Positions 20,847 to 31,785 are shown, numbered from the stretch's first letter. The stretch: 64,000 nt of DNA from Nostoc sp. DedSLP01 (GCA_034530875.2 JAVRCJ020000019.1:64001-128000); one strand, 5' to 3'. Numbers and translations are program-made. The notes: generated from the letters alone by a model not told the origin.

Positions 20847-20960
20847 AGAAAAACTGTAAAAATCAACATTCTCTTAGTATTGCCACAGATGTGTAAATTT
20901 AGAACTGCTTGAAGCTACTCTGTAAACATAGAGGCACAACAATGATCGTCCAGAGGTAAA

Positions 20961-21191
20961 ATGAGCCTACATGAAGAAACTATAGCCAAGATTCGTCAAC
21001 TATCCGAGTCGCAGCTTCAACAAGTCAATGACTTCATAGACTTCCTACTGATGAAAAATAACAGCAGTCTTCAGCCCTCTTGGACGAAGTTTTCAGAAGA
21101 AACAGAAATAGTAGAATCAGATTTTTCTGAGTATTTGCGAAATTTGGAAGATTATGAACAGCGTCTCAACAAAGAAGAAATATACTGGTAA
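20961..21191 (+). CDS. Small DUF2281-like putative antitoxin
   Basis: IRQLSESQLQQVNDFIDFL and an acidic C-terminus. Confidence 0.6.
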   Translation: MSLHEETIAKIRQLSESQLQQVNDFIDFLLMKNNSSLQPSWTKFSEETEIVESDFSEYLRNLEDYEQRLNKEEIYW

Positions 21192-21417
21192 AGTTTAAAT
21201 GAGCAGACTTGGTATTATGCAAGATTATTTTATTGAGGTCTGTTTCAATCTAAAAGAGGCTCAATAACTCGCTAACGCTGCGCTATCGGCAATCCAAAAT
21301 CCAAAATTGATTGACCAAGTTTGGTTAGGATATTGTAACCTGGGCAATAGCCACACTTTTATTGATGTGATGCCTAGCGTAGGCGTAGCCCGTCGTAGAC
21401 ATCCCTTTTTCACATCT

Positions 21418-23745
21418 ATGACAACAACCATTGACTTTCTCAGTCACCTAAACCCCAGCCAACGCCAAGCTGTCGAACATTACTGCGGCCCTTTGCTAGT
21501 TGTTGCTGGCGCCGGTTCGGGTAAAACACGAGCCCTAACTTACCGCATTGCAAATCTGATTCTCAGACACCGTGTAGATCCGGAAAATATTCTGGCGGTT
21601 ACTTTTACCAACAAAGCCGCACGGGAAATGAAAGACCGGATTCAACGGCTATTTGCGGAACAAGAAGCAATGAAACAACACGGTCAGCGGTTGGATTTGT
21701 TGACAGAATACCAACAAATGCAATTGCGATCGCAAGTTTACAAAAAGACTATTAAAGATTTGTGGTGCGGTACTTTCCACAGTCTATTTTCTCGGATTCT
21801 CCGCTTTGATATTGAAAAATATCAAGACGAAAAAGGACGCCGTTGGAATCGCAATTTCTCTATCTTTGATGAGTCAGATGTGATGACTATCATCAAAGAA
21901 ATTGTTACCAAACAATTAAATTTAGACGATAAAAAATTTGACGCTCGTTCTGTCCGCTACGCTATTAGTAACGCCAAAAACCAGGGCTTCTCACCCCAAG
22001 AATTTGAAAACGAACAACCCAACTATCGCGGTCGGGTGATTGCTGATGTCTATAATCGCTATCAAGATAAATTAGCAGAAAATAACGCTTTAGATTTTGA
22101 CGATCTAATTCTCGTACCTACTAGATTATTTCAACAAAATGAACAAGTATTAGGTTATTGGCATCGTAAGTTTCGCCATATCCTCGTAGATGAATATCAA
22201 GATACTAATCGCACTCAATATGAACTCATTCATTTATTAGTCACTAATGGTGAAACTAAAAAGAGTGAATGGGAATGGCAAAATCGCTCAGTTTTTGTAG
22301 TTGGCGATGCAGACCAATCTATTTATAGTTTTCGGATGGCAGATTTCACCATTTTGCTGGAATTCCAAAATAATTTTGGTGATGGTTTAGCAGATGATGA
22401 CACCCGCACGATGGTAAAACTTGAGGAAAATTATCGCTCTTGCGAAAATATTTTGCAAGCGGCTAACGAACTAATTGAAAATAATACCCAACGAATTGAT
22501 AAAATTCTCAAACCGACGCGGGGGCCAGGCGAACAGATTTATTCTCAGAAAGCGGATAATGAACTAGAAGAAGCTGACTTTGTAATTCATCAAATTCGCA
22601 CTTTAGAACAGAAAAACCCTGAATTAAATTGGGGTAGTTTTGCTATACTTTATCGGACAAATGCCCAATCTCGTCCTTTTGAAGAATTGCTAGTTAAATA
22701 TCAAATTCCTTACACAGTTGTGGGAGGAATGAAATTTTACGATCGCAAAGAAATTAAAGATGTGATTGCTTATTTAAGAGCGATCGCCAATCCATCTGAT
22801 ACAGTCAGTTTATTGCGAGTTATCAATACTCCCCGGCGCGGAATTGGCAAAACTACGATTGATGCTTTAGTGAATGCCTCTCAACAATTAGGGACGACTT
22901 TGTGGGAAATACTCAGCGATGAAACATCAGTTAATACATTAGCTGGACGGGCAACAAAAGCTGTAAATAGCTTTGCCGAAATGATTACCCGTTGGCAAGG
23001 ACAAATCGGTACGCTCCCTGTAACTGAGGTTTTACAAGGCATATTAGAAGATTCTGGTTACGTCCAAGACTTAATGAATCAAGGCACAGATGAAGCCACA
23101 GATAGAGTACAAAACGTCCAGGAACTTTACAACGCTGCACTGCAATTTCAAGAAGAAAACGAAGATATTTCCCTGACAGCGTTTCTGCAAAGTACTGCCC
23201 TCAGTTCCGATTTAGATAATTTAAAAGAAGGACAAACAGCCGTTTCTTTGATGACTTTACACGCCTCCAAAGGGCTAGAATTTCCCGTAGTCTTTTTAGT
23301 GGGATTAGAACAGGGACTATTTCCTGGCTATCGTTCCCTAAGCGATCCCGCAGCTTTGGAAGAAGAACGCCGTTTGTGTTACGTAGGAATTACTCGCGCC
23401 CAAGAAAGGTTGTATTTATCACACGCTAGGGAACGTCGTTTGTATGGTTCTCGGGAACCCGCAGTGCGATCGCAATTTCTCGACGAATTACCAGAAGAGT
23501 TATTATCTACCAAACATGTAAGCCGTCAAACTTATACTAAAACTGCTTCTAATTCAAGCAGTAAGCCAGATACAACGCATAATTGGCAAGTAGGCGATCG
23601 GGTATTACATAAAATCTTTGGTATTGGTGAAATAACTCATGTTTTTCCAAAGGGTAATAATGTTTCTGTAGCAATTAAGTTTGCTAGTATTGTTTCACCA
23701 AAAATCATCGACCCAAGAATCGCACAGTTGCAAAAAGTAGAGTAA
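21418..23745 (+). CDS. pcrA: ATP-dependent DNA helicase PcrA/UvrD
   Basis: AGAGSGKT, TFTNKAA, DEYQD, LEENYRS, TLHASKGLEF, YVGITRA. Confidence 0.97.
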   Translation: MTTTIDFLSHLNPSQRQAVEHYCGPLLVVAGAGSGKTRALTYRIANLILRHRVDPENILAVTFTNKAAREMKDRIQRLFAEQEAMKQHGQRLDLLTEYQQMQLRSQVYKKTIKDLWCGTFHSLFSRILRFDIEKYQDEKGRRWNRNFSIFDESDVMTIIKEIVTKQLNLDDKKFDARSVRYAISNAKNQGFSPQEFENEQPNYRGRVIADVYNRYQDKLAENNALDFDDLILVPTRLFQQNEQVLGYWHRKFRHILVDEYQDTNRTQYELIHLLVTNGETKKSEWEWQNRSVFVVGDADQSIYSFRMADFTILLEFQNNFGDGLADDDTRTMVKLEENYRSCENILQAANELIENNTQRIDKILKPTRGPGEQIYSQKADNELEEADFVIHQIRTLEQKNPELNWGSFAILYRTNAQSRPFEELLVKYQIPYTVVGGMKFYDRKEIKDVIAYLRAIANPSDTVSLLRVINTPRRGIGKTTIDALVNASQQLGTTLWEILSDETSVNTLAGRATKAVNSFAEMITRWQGQIGTLPVTEVLQGILEDSGYVQDLMNQGTDEATDRVQNVQELYNAALQFQEENEDISLTAFLQSTALSSDLDNLKEGQTAVSLMTLHASKGLEFPVVFLVGLEQGLFPGYRSLSDPAALEEERRLCYVGITRAQERLYLSHARERRLYGSREPAVRSQFLDELPEELLSTKHVSRQTYTKTASNSSSKPDTTHNWQVGDRVLHKIFGIGEITHVFPKGNNVSVAIKFASIVSPKIIDPRIAQLQKVE

Positions 23746-23757
23746 TACAAAATTCTC

Positions 23758-23790
23758 AGATCCCCGACTTCTTTAAGAAGTCGGGGATCT
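23758..23790. terminator. Perfect palindrome between convergent genes (REP-like or bidirectional terminator)
   Basis: agatccccgacttctt-t-aagaagtcggggatct. Confidence 0.7.
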
Positions 23791-23797
23791 TGTTTTA

Positions 23798-24091
23798 CTA
23801 TATTTCGATTTCTTGAAAATGTTCAACTGTAGGAAATGGCTCGTAAAAATGATGTAAAAGCTTCTTCCATTCTTGATACTCAGGAGAACCTCGAAATACC
23901 ACAGTATGAGATTCTAAACTTTCCCATTTAACAAGTAATAAATATTTATTTTCTACTTCTATGCATTTGTGCAATTCATGAGATAAATATCCATCAATTG
24001 AAGAAATAAATTTAGAAGCTTTTTTGAAATTAGCTTCAAAATCTGATTCTAAACCAGGTTTAACATAAAGGATTACAGCCTCAAGAATCAT
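23798..24091 (-). CDS. Antibiotic biosynthesis monooxygenase family protein
   Basis: ILEAVIL.VKPG...GYLSHEL...YLLLVKWESLESH...LLHHFY. Confidence 0.9.
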   Translation of the reverse strand: MILEAVILYVKPGLESDFEANFKKASKFISSIDGYLSHELHKCIEVENKYLLLVKWESLESHTVVFRGSPEYQEWKKLLHHFYEPFPTVEHFQEIEI

Positions 24092-24118
24092 AAGCTATTT
24101 AGAATAAATTTAGGGCGA

Positions 24119-25510
24119 TTATACATTTTCCTTTGTTTCTTGGACTGTTACAGATTGCAAAATGCGAAACCGCCAAGTCAAAACTATAGCTGCACAAGCT
24201 AAACCAATTGCTAACCCACACCAAAGACCAATTGCTCCGTACCCTAACCATATACCCAAAACATAACCAGTAGATAAACCAAGACCCCAGTAAGCCAAAA
24301 TACCAATTAGTAGAGGAATTCGCGTATCTCTTAATCCTCGTAATGCTCCGGCTGCGGTGACTTGCACTCCATCAACAATTTGAAAAATTGCAGCTACTCC
24401 AAGCAATTTAACTGCTAAGTTGGCTACATCTTCATTACTAGGATTGTTGATGTCAAGGTAAAGAGAAACAACCGACTTTGGTAATAACCAAAAGATAATT
24501 CCTACAATAGCCATAGCCAAAGCACCCAAGCTAATGCCTGCATATCCAGCCAAGCGAACACCAACTAAATCTTGCTCTCCAGCTAATTGTCCAACACGTA
24601 CAGTTGTTGCTAGAGAAATACCAAGCGCAATTTGAAAAGACATATTAGCTGTCTGCAAGGCAATTTGATGGGCAGCTAAGGGAGTGGTTCCTATTTGTCC
24701 TAATAAAAACGTGACAACTGTGAACAATCCTGCTTCCACTGCAATTAGCCCACCAATAGGCAACCCAACCTGAAAAATCTCCCAAAAAATGCGGCGATTC
24801 TCTTTGGTAAAAGTGTAGTTAAATGAAGTATGAAATATGCGGTAGCTAATAAATTGCTGCTGACTATATATATAGATTGCTAGAGCAAGAAACATACTCC
24901 AAAGTGAGAGTGTGCTTGCCCAACCAATCCCAGCGAGTCCCAAGGCAGGTAGCCCCAGTTTGCCAAACATCAAAACATAATTAGCTGCGATATTAAGCAA
25001 AGTCGCTAACACAACAGTAATCATAATTAACCTTGGTTGAGACAGAGCAGAAAGAAAACTTTTGAGGACAGCAAAACCCAAACCAGGGATAAAACCCAGT
25101 GCGATCGCTCTTAAATAAGTTTCTGCAAGTGCTGCTGTAGCCGCATTCTGACCCAATATCAGTAGTAAAGCGCCTCCATTCCAAAGTACTATTACAATTG
25201 GTATCCCCAACAGCAGCGATATTCCCAATGCTTGCCGGACAATTTTGCCTATCAAATCAGGTTTTCCGGCTCCATAAGCTTCGGCAGCTAAAGGACTCAC
25301 AGCAGAAACAATACCTGTAGTCACTAAAAGTAAAAAAGTAAAGATTGAAGCGCCCAAACCTCCAGATGCAATAGCCTGACTTCCTAACAAGCCCATCATT
25401 ACGGTATCCACAAAGCCAGTTGCCGATTGAGCAATCTGTGCTGCTGCTAAAGGCACAGCTAACATTAGAAATTGTTTAATTTCAGATATTACTCTTTTTT
25501 TACTAACCAT
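24119..25510 (-). CDS. MATE family efflux transporter (NorM-like)
   Basis: About 12 TM segments, FVDTVMMG, LAAHQIA, FQIVDGVQV...GALRG. Confidence 0.93.
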   Translation of the reverse strand: MVSKKRVISEIKQFLMLAVPLAAAQIAQSATGFVDTVMMGLLGSQAIASGGLGASIFTFLLLVTTGIVSAVSPLAAEAYGAGKPDLIGKIVRQALGISLLLGIPIVIVLWNGGALLLILGQNAATAALAETYLRAIALGFIPGLGFAVLKSFLSALSQPRLIMITVVLATLLNIAANYVLMFGKLGLPALGLAGIGWASTLSLWSMFLALAIYIYSQQQFISYRIFHTSFNYTFTKENRRIFWEIFQVGLPIGGLIAVEAGLFTVVTFLLGQIGTTPLAAHQIALQTANMSFQIALGISLATTVRVGQLAGEQDLVGVRLAGYAGISLGALAMAIVGIIFWLLPKSVVSLYLDINNPSNEDVANLAVKLLGVAAIFQIVDGVQVTAAGALRGLRDTRIPLLIGILAYWGLGLSTGYVLGIWLGYGAIGLWCGLAIGLACAAIVLTWRFRILQSVTVQETKENV

Positions 25511-25679
25511 ATTATTTATGGAGTCAATAAAATTATTTGTATTAATAATTCAAGCTTTTTATATTTATTGAAATTTATAATTATTCAGACTTAATCAAGC
25601 CCATATTTACTTAATTTTTGTGTCTTGAGTAAGATAAATTGCATAATTAGACTATTTTTTCAATCAAATAAACTAAACC

Positions 25680-25760
25680 ACATCTAGCTTGCATAATCTG
25701 AAATTGTACATTTATTGTGGGGTGGGCGTCTCGCGCGCCGAATATATGCAAGTTAGATGT
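25680..25760. mobile_element. Small MITE with internal REP-like hairpin
   Basis: acatctagcttgcata / tatgcaagttagatgt TIR (15/16). Confidence 0.55.
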
Positions 25761-25812
25761 AGAACAGCTTATCATTACTATACTTTTTCAGATAGAATTT
25801 ATGAAATTAAAA

Positions 25813-26448
25813 TTAATTCTTGAGTAAATAGATAATCGCAGCACAAAATTCTTCATAATGTCCTCTAGAATTAATTTCACTGTATCCTATAATCAATTCT
25901 TGTCTTTCTTCGTCTGTAATTGTGTTGATAATTTCCAATATTGGCTCAAGAGCTTTTGCACGTAAATCTATCAGTTTATCAATATTGAGTCCGAGTTTAT
26001 CAATTGTTGTTTCACCAGGTAATTGCCTTTCTGAATTATTTGCTGCCAAAATCTGTCCATCATCAGTGTATCTAAAAAATTCCGCACAGTTAATATCTAG
26101 AGGTGAAACAAAGAGATGTTTATCATGCCATTTATCTTTTTTCTTACCACAATGCAGAGGTTCCTTAGGTACTGTATCTTTTTGGCATGAAGCTAGAAGA
26201 TTTGTATATTCTAGTACTAACTCAGGATAAGTTGTTCTTGGCTTTAAATGTTCAATATGGCTATTTTCATTATTAATTTTTCTTCCACAGTAACAGCAGA
26301 TAAAACCTTGTTCTTTTAACAAAGAATTATGTACATCCGTTTTTTGTGGATTACTCAAAATAGACCAACTTGGTTGCCAGTTTTCATTAGCATTGTTTTT
26401 CCAATCAGTAAAACTTGCTGGCTCCTCACTTTTGTTAATAAATTTCAC
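25813..26448 (-). CDS. HNH endonuclease, PtuB/TIGR02646-like
   Basis: LLKEQGFICCYC...HIEHLKP...YTNLLASC...HCG.KK...LGLN; 4-bp overlap with the upstream ATPase. Confidence 0.88.
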   Translation of the reverse strand: MKFINKSEEPASFTDWKNNANENWQPSWSILSNPQKTDVHNSLLKEQGFICCYCGRKINNENSHIEHLKPRTTYPELVLEYTNLLASCQKDTVPKEPLHCGKKKDKWHDKHLFVSPLDINCAEFFRYTDDGQILAANNSERQLPGETTIDKLGLNIDKLIDLRAKALEPILEIINTITDEERQELIIGYSEINSRGHYEEFCAAIIYLLKN

Positions 26449-27851
26449 CGCTTCAAAATCTCTTTGCGTCGAATAGATACACTTGCTTTTACTAATTCTG
26501 GCTCATCTTGTCCAATGATATCAGCAATTTCCTGAGATAATTGCCTAGCACCATCAAGATTTCCCTCATCAATGAGCCTAAATAACTCATGTAGACGATC
26601 TTTAATTTCTTGTGGACGTGCTGGCACACCCATGAGGTCTTCTAAGATGCGATTGCTATCTCTTCCAAAGGAACTTTCTGGTTTTTTAGCAATAACACCT
26701 TCGTCTGTTTTTTCTAGAATATAAATTCCTTCTGGCTTGACTTGGCTAATTACTTGAGGCGAATGGGTAGTAACAATAAATTGGCAATTGGGAAATGTTC
26801 TTGTCAAAGCTGGAATAATTTCCCGTTGCCATTTTGGATGTAAGTGTAGTTCAATTTCATCAATTAAAACAACACCACTACCTTGTAGTGGATCTGGTAA
26901 ACTAGGGTTGGCGATCGCTAATCGTCTTGCTAAATCTCCCACCATTGCCAACAAGCATTTCTCACCATCAGATAGCTGATTAACGATAAGTTCCTCACCT
27001 TGTTTTCTGACAGTCATTCGCAGAGGTGAACGCTCAACCCGTAAGTTTGAAAATTCCGGTATTAATGAAGAGATAGCTTGTCTTACTGCTTCTAATTGTT
27101 TGTCTCGATAATCGGGGTTATCTCTTCGTCTCTCATTCTCTAAATCTTCTCGATTTCTGAACCATTCAAAAAAGCTTTTGAAGTCGATTCTTCCTCCTGT
27201 GAGTGCTTGTTCATAAGCATCTACTTGTTTAAATGAATATGCGTCTGAAATTTCTAGAGGCATATCAATAACAGCACGATTGACGGGGTAATAGACTGCT
27301 AAAGGAATATTAGCATCAAGAATAGCTACTAACTGATTGTTTAAGTTTTCAATAGCTGTTTTCAGATCTCCTCTTAATTCACTACGTATTATAGTTGCTA
27401 ACTCTGTACGCATCTTCTCATTTTGGATTAGAAGAGTCTCAACATCTTTATCATTTTTGAACTTATTTTTGATATTTATTATTTGTTTTTCTAAATCGGA
27501 AATATTTTTAATAGTATCTTGTAAATAAATATATTTACCATCATTAGTTTTTGTACCTTTATCTTCAGCCATTGACCAAGTTAATTTTTGTAATTCTATA
27601 AACACAGTAATTTTATTATGTGTTCTGTCACGTTCGTTTGTAACATCTTGTTTAATAAAGAAACGTAAAGACTCAAGTGAGTCTTGAATCTGTGCAGTAA
27701 GCTGTGTTAGAAGAATAGCAAGACAATCAAGAATACTGGATTTTCCTACACCGTTGATACCAATAAATACCGTTGGAATGGTTTCATCAAACTCCAGCGT
27801 TAAATCACCAATTCCACGGTATGATTCCATTTCCAATCGCTTGACTTTCAT
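26445..27851 (-). CDS. ABC/AAA ATPase, PtuA-like
   Basis: GINGVGKS Walker A, QLSDGEK signature, VLIDEIELHLHPKWQ, TTHSP. Confidence 0.88.
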   Translation of the reverse strand: MKVKRLEMESYRGIGDLTLEFDETIPTVFIGINGVGKSSILDCLAILLTQLTAQIQDSLESLRFFIKQDVTNERDRTHNKITVFIELQKLTWSMAEDKGTKTNDGKYIYLQDTIKNISDLEKQIINIKNKFKNDKDVETLLIQNEKMRTELATIIRSELRGDLKTAIENLNNQLVAILDANIPLAVYYPVNRAVIDMPLEISDAYSFKQVDAYEQALTGGRIDFKSFFEWFRNREDLENERRRDNPDYRDKQLEAVRQAISSLIPEFSNLRVERSPLRMTVRKQGEELIVNQLSDGEKCLLAMVGDLARRLAIANPSLPDPLQGSGVVLIDEIELHLHPKWQREIIPALTRTFPNCQFIVTTHSPQVISQVKPEGIYILEKTDEGVIAKKPESSFGRDSNRILEDLMGVPARPQEIKDRLHELFRLIDEGNLDGARQLSQEIADIIGQDEPELVKASVSIRRKEILKR

Positions 27852-27998
27852 AGTTTTAATAATGCTGAATGTAATTTATTTGATGGTAAATGCCTATTCT
27901 ACAGCTACTCCTTCCCCACACGAAGAATATCTAAATTTTTTTAACGAACCGTCAAGGACATAAAGGGCAGAAAGTAAGAAATTGGCAATCAAAAACAG

Positions 27999-28532
27999 CT
28001 AATCAAAATCAGATTTGACATAATCAACTGTCAAAGGTGTGATTTTTTGGACAATCTTATCGATCGCCACTCGTTCATATTCAGTCCAAACTCTAGGATG
28101 ACCAAAAACGCTGGGCTGTAAAACACCCCACAGTTGACTATCTTGTTGAATATGGGCATGAATTAAGGCACGATGCCCAAAATTTTCCCGTTCAAACTTA
28201 CGATTTAAAACTTCGGAATCAGCTGTTTCCACATCTTCTACAAAGATTGAAGGTTTGCCACGCAGTGCAGCGACAAACATCGGGTCTTCATCGGAAAAAG
28301 ATAAAGGTTGCGGTTCCCAATTTTCATTGTAAATTGTTGGTATATCTGGCGTGCGAACCCAACAAAAAGCAACTTTACCAAGATTCCTCTGCGGATTGTG
28401 CAAATATAGAAAACATCGATCGCACTGCAAAAATTCACCCACAACTGGTAAAAGTTCAGAAAATAGAACATCAGGTGTTGGAGATGATTCTATAATATTG
28501 ACCATCGCAGCAGGAATATCTGGCTGATTCAT
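27999..28532 (-). CDS. Stand-alone GAF domain protein
   Basis: LQCDRCFLY, LWGVL, PRVWTEYE. Confidence 0.85.
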   Translation of the reverse strand: MNQPDIPAAMVNIIESSPTPDVLFSELLPVVGEFLQCDRCFLYLHNPQRNLGKVAFCWVRTPDIPTIYNENWEPQPLSFSDEDPMFVAALRGKPSIFVEDVETADSEVLNRKFERENFGHRALIHAHIQQDSQLWGVLQPSVFGHPRVWTEYERVAIDKIVQKITPLTVDYVKSDFD

Positions 28533-28539
28533 TGTATAA

Positions 28540-29457
28540 CTAAGTTGATTTCAATTGAATAATACCTTTATCAAAGATGCGATTATCGGTAGCGAGCGCA
28601 CTGACTTCTATTCTATCGGGATACACTTCATACGCGGCAAAACTCAACCTTTCGGCAGAATATTCTGTCCACTCCGAACGCCCTACAGGACGAGTACCCG
28701 CACCACCACCAGTAATTAAATAAGTAGTTCCATTAATTGCACGGGTGCGTTCGTAATGATGTTCGTGACCATTTATATAAACTTGAACGCTGTATTTTTG
28801 AAACAGTGGAGTAAAAATTTTAATAAATTCTGGATTAATTCCATAAACACCAGATGCATAAATTGGATGATGACCAAATACAATTTTCCAAGCAGCATTG
28901 CTGCGACTTAATTCTTTTTCTAACCAAGTTAACTGGTTTTTCCAATCAGCATTACTATTAGTATCTAAAGCAAAAAATTGTACAGTTCCACGACGAAATG
29001 TATAATAACGTCTCCCATTCATATTAAAATCGGCATACTTCACTTGTGCTTCGCCATTTCCGGTACGAATATCGTGATTGCCTAAACAAGCTTGAAATTT
29101 TACACCTTGCCTGAGCAAAGCTTGATAGGGACGCTCAAAAACTGCATTAATTTTCTCGATTTCGCCGTTGTTGTAAATATTATCTCCAGCTAAAACAACT
29201 AGATCGTAAGGATTTTGTTTGTGATAAAAATTCATTGCCGCCGCCACAGCATACTGTCCTTTTGCTCCGGTTCCTGTATCGGCAACAGACACAAAACGTA
29301 ATAACAAGTCCTTTTTCGGTGGGTTGGCGGCTATGGCTGTTGAATCGTTAACATCGGCACTTTGATAATTTTGATGGCTTAACATCCAACCCAAAAATCC
29401 CGTACCGATCGCGCCCAGGCTACTTAAAAATAAAAATTGACGGCGTTTCAAGTTCAT
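28540..29457 (-). CDS. Tat-exported metallophosphoesterase
   Basis: KRRQFL signal; ADTG, GDNIY, GNHD, GHHP, GHEH. Confidence 0.92.
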   Translation of the reverse strand: MNLKRRQFLFLSSLGAIGTGFLGWMLSHQNYQSADVNDSTAIAANPPKKDLLLRFVSVADTGTGAKGQYAVAAAMNFYHKQNPYDLVVLAGDNIYNNGEIEKINAVFERPYQALLRQGVKFQACLGNHDIRTGNGEAQVKYADFNMNGRRYYTFRRGTVQFFALDTNSNADWKNQLTWLEKELSRSNAAWKIVFGHHPIYASGVYGINPEFIKIFTPLFQKYSVQVYINGHEHHYERTRAINGTTYLITGGGAGTRPVGRSEWTEYSAERLSFAAYEVYPDRIEVSALATDNRIFDKGIIQLKST

Positions 29458-29548
29458 AATTCACCAAATTTAATAAATAGTCAGTTTCCGCAGAAGTAAT
29501 GTGCAATGAAGTGATACATTAAGGCAAAAGAGGCAGCACCAATAATAA

Positions 29549-29626
29549 TAGACTTCTTGCAGAAGTGGGGAAAAGATTAAGAAAAAACCCTTTCCCTCTT
29601 GCAAAACTATTTTTCCAAGAGGTCTA
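29549..29626. mobile_element. Short MITE
   Basis: tagacttcttgcagaagt ... ttttccaagaggtcta termini. Confidence 0.55.
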
Positions 29627-29671
29627 ATGTATGTTGTTTGTCTTTGATTCGCTGCTTTTGGTGAAAGTTCC

Positions 29672-30592
29672 ATGTCACAAGACAATCCAAAACCTACTGA
29701 CGAACAGGTAACTCAACCTCCCCAAAAACCTAACCAGAGAGTTCAGCCAATTTGGAAGGCTACAACTATCCAACTTCTTAGAGGGACAATTGGGGTTTTA
29801 GAAGCAACAGTCCAAAAACTAGAGACAGCACCCCCACCTGGTACTGAACAAGCCCCCGGTTTTTTGCAGCAGCTTCAGTCACGTTGGGCTGGACTATTAA
29901 GAACAGTCCGCTTATTTTTGCCGTCAGATTTATCAACAAAGGTATCGGATACAGCTTTGACAGGAATTCTTGCGGGAATTGCTGTAATTCTTGTTTGGAC
30001 AACTACGACTATTTTTACTGGTAAACCGACAGAAGTTGCAACACTTCCTCCAGTTGAAGAGGTTCCCACCCCAACACCAACGATAACTACTCCACCGGAG
30101 TCAGTCGCGCCAGAACCACAGCCACCAGAGGAAGTTACACCAGCACCAGAAGAAATTACTCCGTCGCCAGAAGCACAACAACCACCAGAGGAAATTACGC
30201 CAACACCAGAACCAGAACCAGAAGTAACTCCCACGCTAACACCTACACCAACGCCTACACCAGCTGTAGAATTGACACCCGAACAAGCCTTAATTGTGGC
30301 TATTGAAAATCAGGTAGGCGAAATTAGCGATCGCATTGCCTCTGGTCTGATAAAGTCAATTCAAGCCAACTTCCGCACCAGCAATCTCACCGTCAAAATT
30401 AGCGATGATTGGTACACTCTCCCAGAATCTCAACAGGATAGACTCGCTGCTGAAATTTTACAACGCTCTCAACAACTCGATTTTACTCATTTAGAAATTA
30501 TCGATTCCCAAAATCGCTTAGTAGCGCGTAACCCAGTTGTTGGTACTGAAATGGTAATTTTTCAACGAAAAGCAACAATCCCAACAACTTAA
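29672..30592 (+). CDS. Conserved cyanobacterial single-TM protein with Pro/Thr/Glu-rich linker
   Basis: TM segment, PT repeats, C-terminal LTPEQ...WY.L...LVARNPVVG. Confidence 0.75.
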   Translation: MSQDNPKPTDEQVTQPPQKPNQRVQPIWKATTIQLLRGTIGVLEATVQKLETAPPPGTEQAPGFLQQLQSRWAGLLRTVRLFLPSDLSTKVSDTALTGILAGIAVILVWTTTTIFTGKPTEVATLPPVEEVPTPTPTITTPPESVAPEPQPPEEVTPAPEEITPSPEAQQPPEEITPTPEPEPEVTPTLTPTPTPTPAVELTPEQALIVAIENQVGEISDRIASGLIKSIQANFRTSNLTVKISDDWYTLPESQQDRLAAEILQRSQQLDFTHLEIIDSQNRLVARNPVVGTEMVIFQRKATIPTT

Positions 30593-30953
30593 AAATAGAC
30601 CTTGCATATTTTTTTGAGAATTAGGGTTTTTAGATTTGAATACCTAATTATTATCTCTTGTTTGCGTCACGCCATAAAAATCGGAGTAGTGAAAAAATAA
30701 AAGAAATAATATACTTTTTTGATTAAGTGTAAAATCTGTGTTTAGAGCATTTCTATGTTGGTAATCAAATTAATGATAAACTGTTGCATTATTTACTAAA
30801 TAGCTGTATTTTAAATAATGGCTTTTTTCTAAACCTTTAGGAAAAAATAATTCAGCAAATCGCAAAAACGCTCAATTGATAAATATCAATCGAGCGAAGG
30901 TTCTCTTATGAATTCTATAAACGCCTAATTTAGAAGTTCAACTTAGAGTATTT

Positions 30954-31784
30954 ATGTTAGACAACGTTTGTTTATTGCTCGAAGCTTGTGAAAACCTAAA
31001 CATCAACTATGAAATTCTTTATCCTGCTGAAAATTTAATTAAAGTAAAATTCAACGATAAACATCACTATTTTTGTAATTATAGCACTCCGTTAATCAAT
31101 CAAGCAGTAGCAAAGATTATCAAAGATAAGGAATATACTTATCATATTTTAAATAAAAAAATTAAGCTTCCTCGAACAATGGGTTTTCTTTCACCTTTTT
31201 GTGACATAAAATATAAGATATATTTAAAATTTCCAACTATTGAAGATATTGTATTAGAGATTAAAGAAAAATTTCAAACACCTGTGATTGTCAAAAGGAA
31301 TTCTGGGTCTAGCGGACACAACGTCTTTTTATGCCACAATCAAGATGAAATTGAAAATGCTGTAAAACAGATTTTTCATTTGGATCAGAAGTATGATTAT
31401 GTAGCTCTTGCTCAAGAAGTAATTCCCATCAAATCTGAATATAGAGCAGTGTTCTTAAATAAAAAGTTAGTTTTGCTCTATGAAAAAGATATAAGTAATG
31501 CCAATTTTACAGGTAACTTAAGTCCTCTCCACTGGGATGGCGCAAAAGCCAAATATATAAGCGATCCACAAATATTGTCAGAAATTGAGAATTTTGCCAG
31601 ACCAATTTTTGAAGAAATAGACCTTGATTATGGTGGCTTAGATATCGTATTAGATAAAGATAACCAATACTGGTTAATTGAAATTAATTCTCACCCTAAT
31701 TTTACTATTTTCACCAGAGACAATGGCAAAGAACATGTGTTAAAAGTTTTTGAAAAAATGCTAACTAGTTTAGCTGCAAAATAA
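30954..31784 (+). CDS. ATP-grasp (RimK-like) ligase
   Basis: KDKEYT, PVIVKRNSGSSG, EYR, GLDI, IEINSHP. Confidence 0.85.
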   Translation: MLDNVCLLLEACENLNINYEILYPAENLIKVKFNDKHHYFCNYSTPLINQAVAKIIKDKEYTYHILNKKIKLPRTMGFLSPFCDIKYKIYLKFPTIEDIVLEIKEKFQTPVIVKRNSGSSGHNVFLCHNQDEIENAVKQIFHLDQKYDYVALAQEVIPIKSEYRAVFLNKKLVLLYEKDISNANFTGNLSPLHWDGAKAKYISDPQILSEIENFARPIFEEIDLDYGGLDIVLDKDNQYWLIEINSHPNFTIFTRDNGKEHVLKVFEKMLTSLAAK

Positions 31785-31785
31785 T

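Noticed and set aside
27852..27998. Retron msr-msd upstream of the PtuA-like gene
   Set aside because: No RT gene and no convincing a1/a2 inverted repeats.
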